NCBI GenBank assembly: GCA_934613415.1
Contig: CAKTSY010000001.1
Location: 300,001 to 332,000 of the forward strand
DNA length: 32,000 nucleotides
Direction: 5' to 3'
DNA from: an uncultured Opitutales bacterium
Lineage (GTDB): Bacteria; Verrucomicrobiota; Verrucomicrobiia; Opitutales; Intestinicryptomonadaceae
The notes below the pieces were generated by a model, which saw nothing but the letters and a program-made list of their open reading frames with translations, was not told the DNA's origin and did no database searches. Made by a program: the position numbers and the translations under genes. Position 1 is the first letter of the stretch. Each line of letters begins with the position of its first letter. Positions 30,452-32,000 of this stretch are shown piece by piece.

Positions 30452-32000
30452 TTAAAAAAGCTCCATCTGTTCGGGCGCACAATTTTCGGGCTTTAAGCCG
30501 CCTAAAAACTCCGAATATCTTTTAATCCAATCGTTTAGCTTGTCTAAATAATAGCTTTTCGAATAGGGATAATTTTTTGCGTCGTACAATTCAACGGGGC
30601 GCGCGTTTTTCCAGTCGGGCTGGCGTTTTTGCGATTCGGTTATGTAGTAGGAAACCTTTTCGCCCGTATGCGGGGGCACAGCAAGCATTAACGCCGCCTG
30701 ATACGCCGCCCTTTTTGGCTTTTTATTTGTTTGCACTTCCTTTAAATAGTTAGCAAGCGAGCCCGTTAAATATTCCGACTTTGCCAAAAGCGAAATATCG
30801 CACTTGCCGCTTTTAATCTTTTCGGTAAAGTCGGCTACAATGCTTTTCATATCGCCCTTTTTAGCGCCAAGCATTATCGACACAAAGTCGCTTGTAAGCA
30901 TTCGCAAAAACGGCTCCATTGCCCTGCTCTTTAACGCCGAACCCTTAACGGATATTTTGCCGCTTTCGCCATCTAGCAAGGCATAGTTTTTTGCCTTGTA
31001 GCAAAACATTGCGCCAAAGCTGCCGTCGTGCTCTAAGCTTACGCCTTCGGGCAAAACATTGCGCGAAGATTCCAAAAGCTTTTCGGGATTTGCAAAATAT
31101 TCGCGGCTGGAAAGGTAAATACCGTCGGTATCTACCTCTAATATAAGGCAGCCTTTGGCTTTAAAAAGAGCAATTAAGTCGCCCAACAAACGCCTGCCAG
31201 TAGACGTAATTTTGTCTGCCAAGGCGCAGTCGCCAAAGCGCGCGCTAGAAAGCCCCAAATATCCGTAAAACGAGTTTATCAAAATCTTGTAGCTTTTTTG
31301 GCGCGCGTCGTATTCGGTTTTTAGGTCTTTGTCGGAGCTTTCTTTTGCAAGTTTTTTATATTTTAGCCTATATTGCCTAAGCTCGGCCAAGCTGGTTAAA
31401 AAAACATTCAGATAGTCGTTTGCAGGAGGCGTGTTTAGCGAAAGCAGCAAGCTTGGGTATAGCGACGCGATGTCGTAGTGCAAAACGTCCTTAAAAACGC
31501 CTTTTTCAAAAATCTCCGACATCGCCCCCGATATATAGCTTTGCTGCGCCATATCGGGCAACTTTGCCGAAGCCGAATAATATTTTTCAAGCAACAACGC
31601 CTCTACCTTTACGCCCGAACCCCTAAGCATACACTCTTGAAATGTCATCGGGAAATTTGCACACTGTGCAAAATAGGTGGGCAACAATAAATCGGCCAAA
31701 CCTTTTGTTTCGCGCAGGTCGTCTAAAAGGTATTTTCTAAAGCTTTCTTTGTCGGTGCGAAAGGCGTCTTTTATATGCGCGCCTTCTATGTAGGTTCTTT
31801 GTGTTTCTTTGCTAATGCCGAAATATAAGGCTGCGTTTTTAAGCGAATACGATTCCAACTCGCGCTTGGAAACGTCGAACATTTGCAGCAAAATGTAGGT
31901 GTCGGCAACGCTGCGCCCCGCAATGTCGAATCGGGGGAAATCGAATGTGCGCTCGGCAATGCTTACCCTGCTTTTGCGCATTTTTACAGAGCCATCGAAC
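30452..32000 (-). CDS. polB: family-B DNA polymerase, 5' end beyond window
   Basis: Motif A is DIASLYPSLLL, motif B is KILINSFYGYLG and motif C is LEVDTDGIY. The frame stays open upstream of the track ATG (31981) to position 32000 (..FDGSVKM..), so the exonuclease/N-terminal part lies outside the window. Confidence 0.9.
   Translation of the reverse strand, partial: FDGSVKMRKSRVSIAERTFDFPRFDIAGRSVADTYILLQMFDVSKRELESYSLKNAALYFGISKETQRTYIEGAHIKDAFRTDKESFRKYLLDDLRETKGLADLLLPTYFAQCANFPMTFQECMLRGSGVKVEALLLEKYYSASAKLPDMAQQSYISGAMSEIFEKGVFKDVLHYDIASLYPSLLLSLNTPPANDYLNVFLTSLAELRQYRLKYKKLAKESSDKDLKTEYDARQKSYKILINSFYGYLGLSSARFGDCALADKITSTGRRLLGDLIALFKAKGCLILEVDTDGIYLSSREYFANPEKLLESSRNVLPEGVSLEHDGSFGAMFCYKAKNYALLDGESGKISVKGSALKSRAMEPFLRMLTSDFVSIMLGAKKGDMKSIVADFTEKIKSGKCDISLLAKSEYLTGSLANYLKEVQTNKKPKRAAYQAALMLAVPPHTGEKVSYYITESQKRQPDWKNARPVELYDAKNYPYSKSYYLDKLNDWIKRYSEFLGGLKPENCAPEQMELF

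Noticed and set aside
1-32000. A scan of the whole window for CRISPR arrays, transposases/IS ends, phage genes, toxin-antitoxin pairs and known defence-system enzymes.
   Set aside because: I saw no regularly spaced direct repeats and no DDE, serine or tyrosine recombinase motifs. Outside the housekeeping genes listed, there were no nuclease, helicase or ATPase signatures.

Overview
This window looks like it comes from a diderm bacterium whose taxon I cannot determine by eye. Promoters are sigma70-like (-35/-10) and Shine-Dalgarno use is weak.

(i) 1-5671 is a tightly overlapped minus-strand operon. It encodes a 3'-truncated secreted protein, a small anchored protein, a MauE/DoxX plus rhodanese pair, an O-antigen-ligase-like membrane protein and two paralogous GFSGG alpha/beta hydrolases.

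(ii) 5829-15495 is a visibly AT-rich run of eleven minus-strand genes.
- All eleven start with signal-peptide-like N-termini, and none carries an enzyme motif I recognise.
- The run includes several LolA/LppX-like paralogues (one with a PDZ-like tail), a tandem paralogue pair, and a YD-repeat-like pair split at a G5 run.
- A 51-aa Cys-containing pre-peptide heads the longest unit.
- Two of the units are driven by near-identical promoter/leader cassettes.

(iii) 15635-32000 holds a mix of recognisable genes.
- A secreted six-hairpin-glycosidase-like protein sits next to a divergent AraC regulator, followed by tRNA-Arg(CCG).
- DevA is divergent from DevB-DevC. From devB, a 13-gene co-directional array runs with no visible terminator: FmdB-like zinc ribbon, TPR lipoprotein, M50 site-2 protease, cysteine-less FmdB-like protein, DtxR/MntR-family regulator, 861-aa TPR protein, ExbB, ExbD, TonB-like protein and purE.
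- The window ends with a Mn-type SOD, an ABM monooxygenase and a 5'-truncated family-B DNA polymerase.

I saw no CRISPR array, transposase, integrase or phage genes.

The best candidates for something undescribed are the secreted-ORFan block, especially the peptide plus YD-like operon with its duplicated promoter cassette, and the exporter/RIP-protease/metalloregulator/Ton-motor array. All family calls are by-eye motif recognition; no searches were run.
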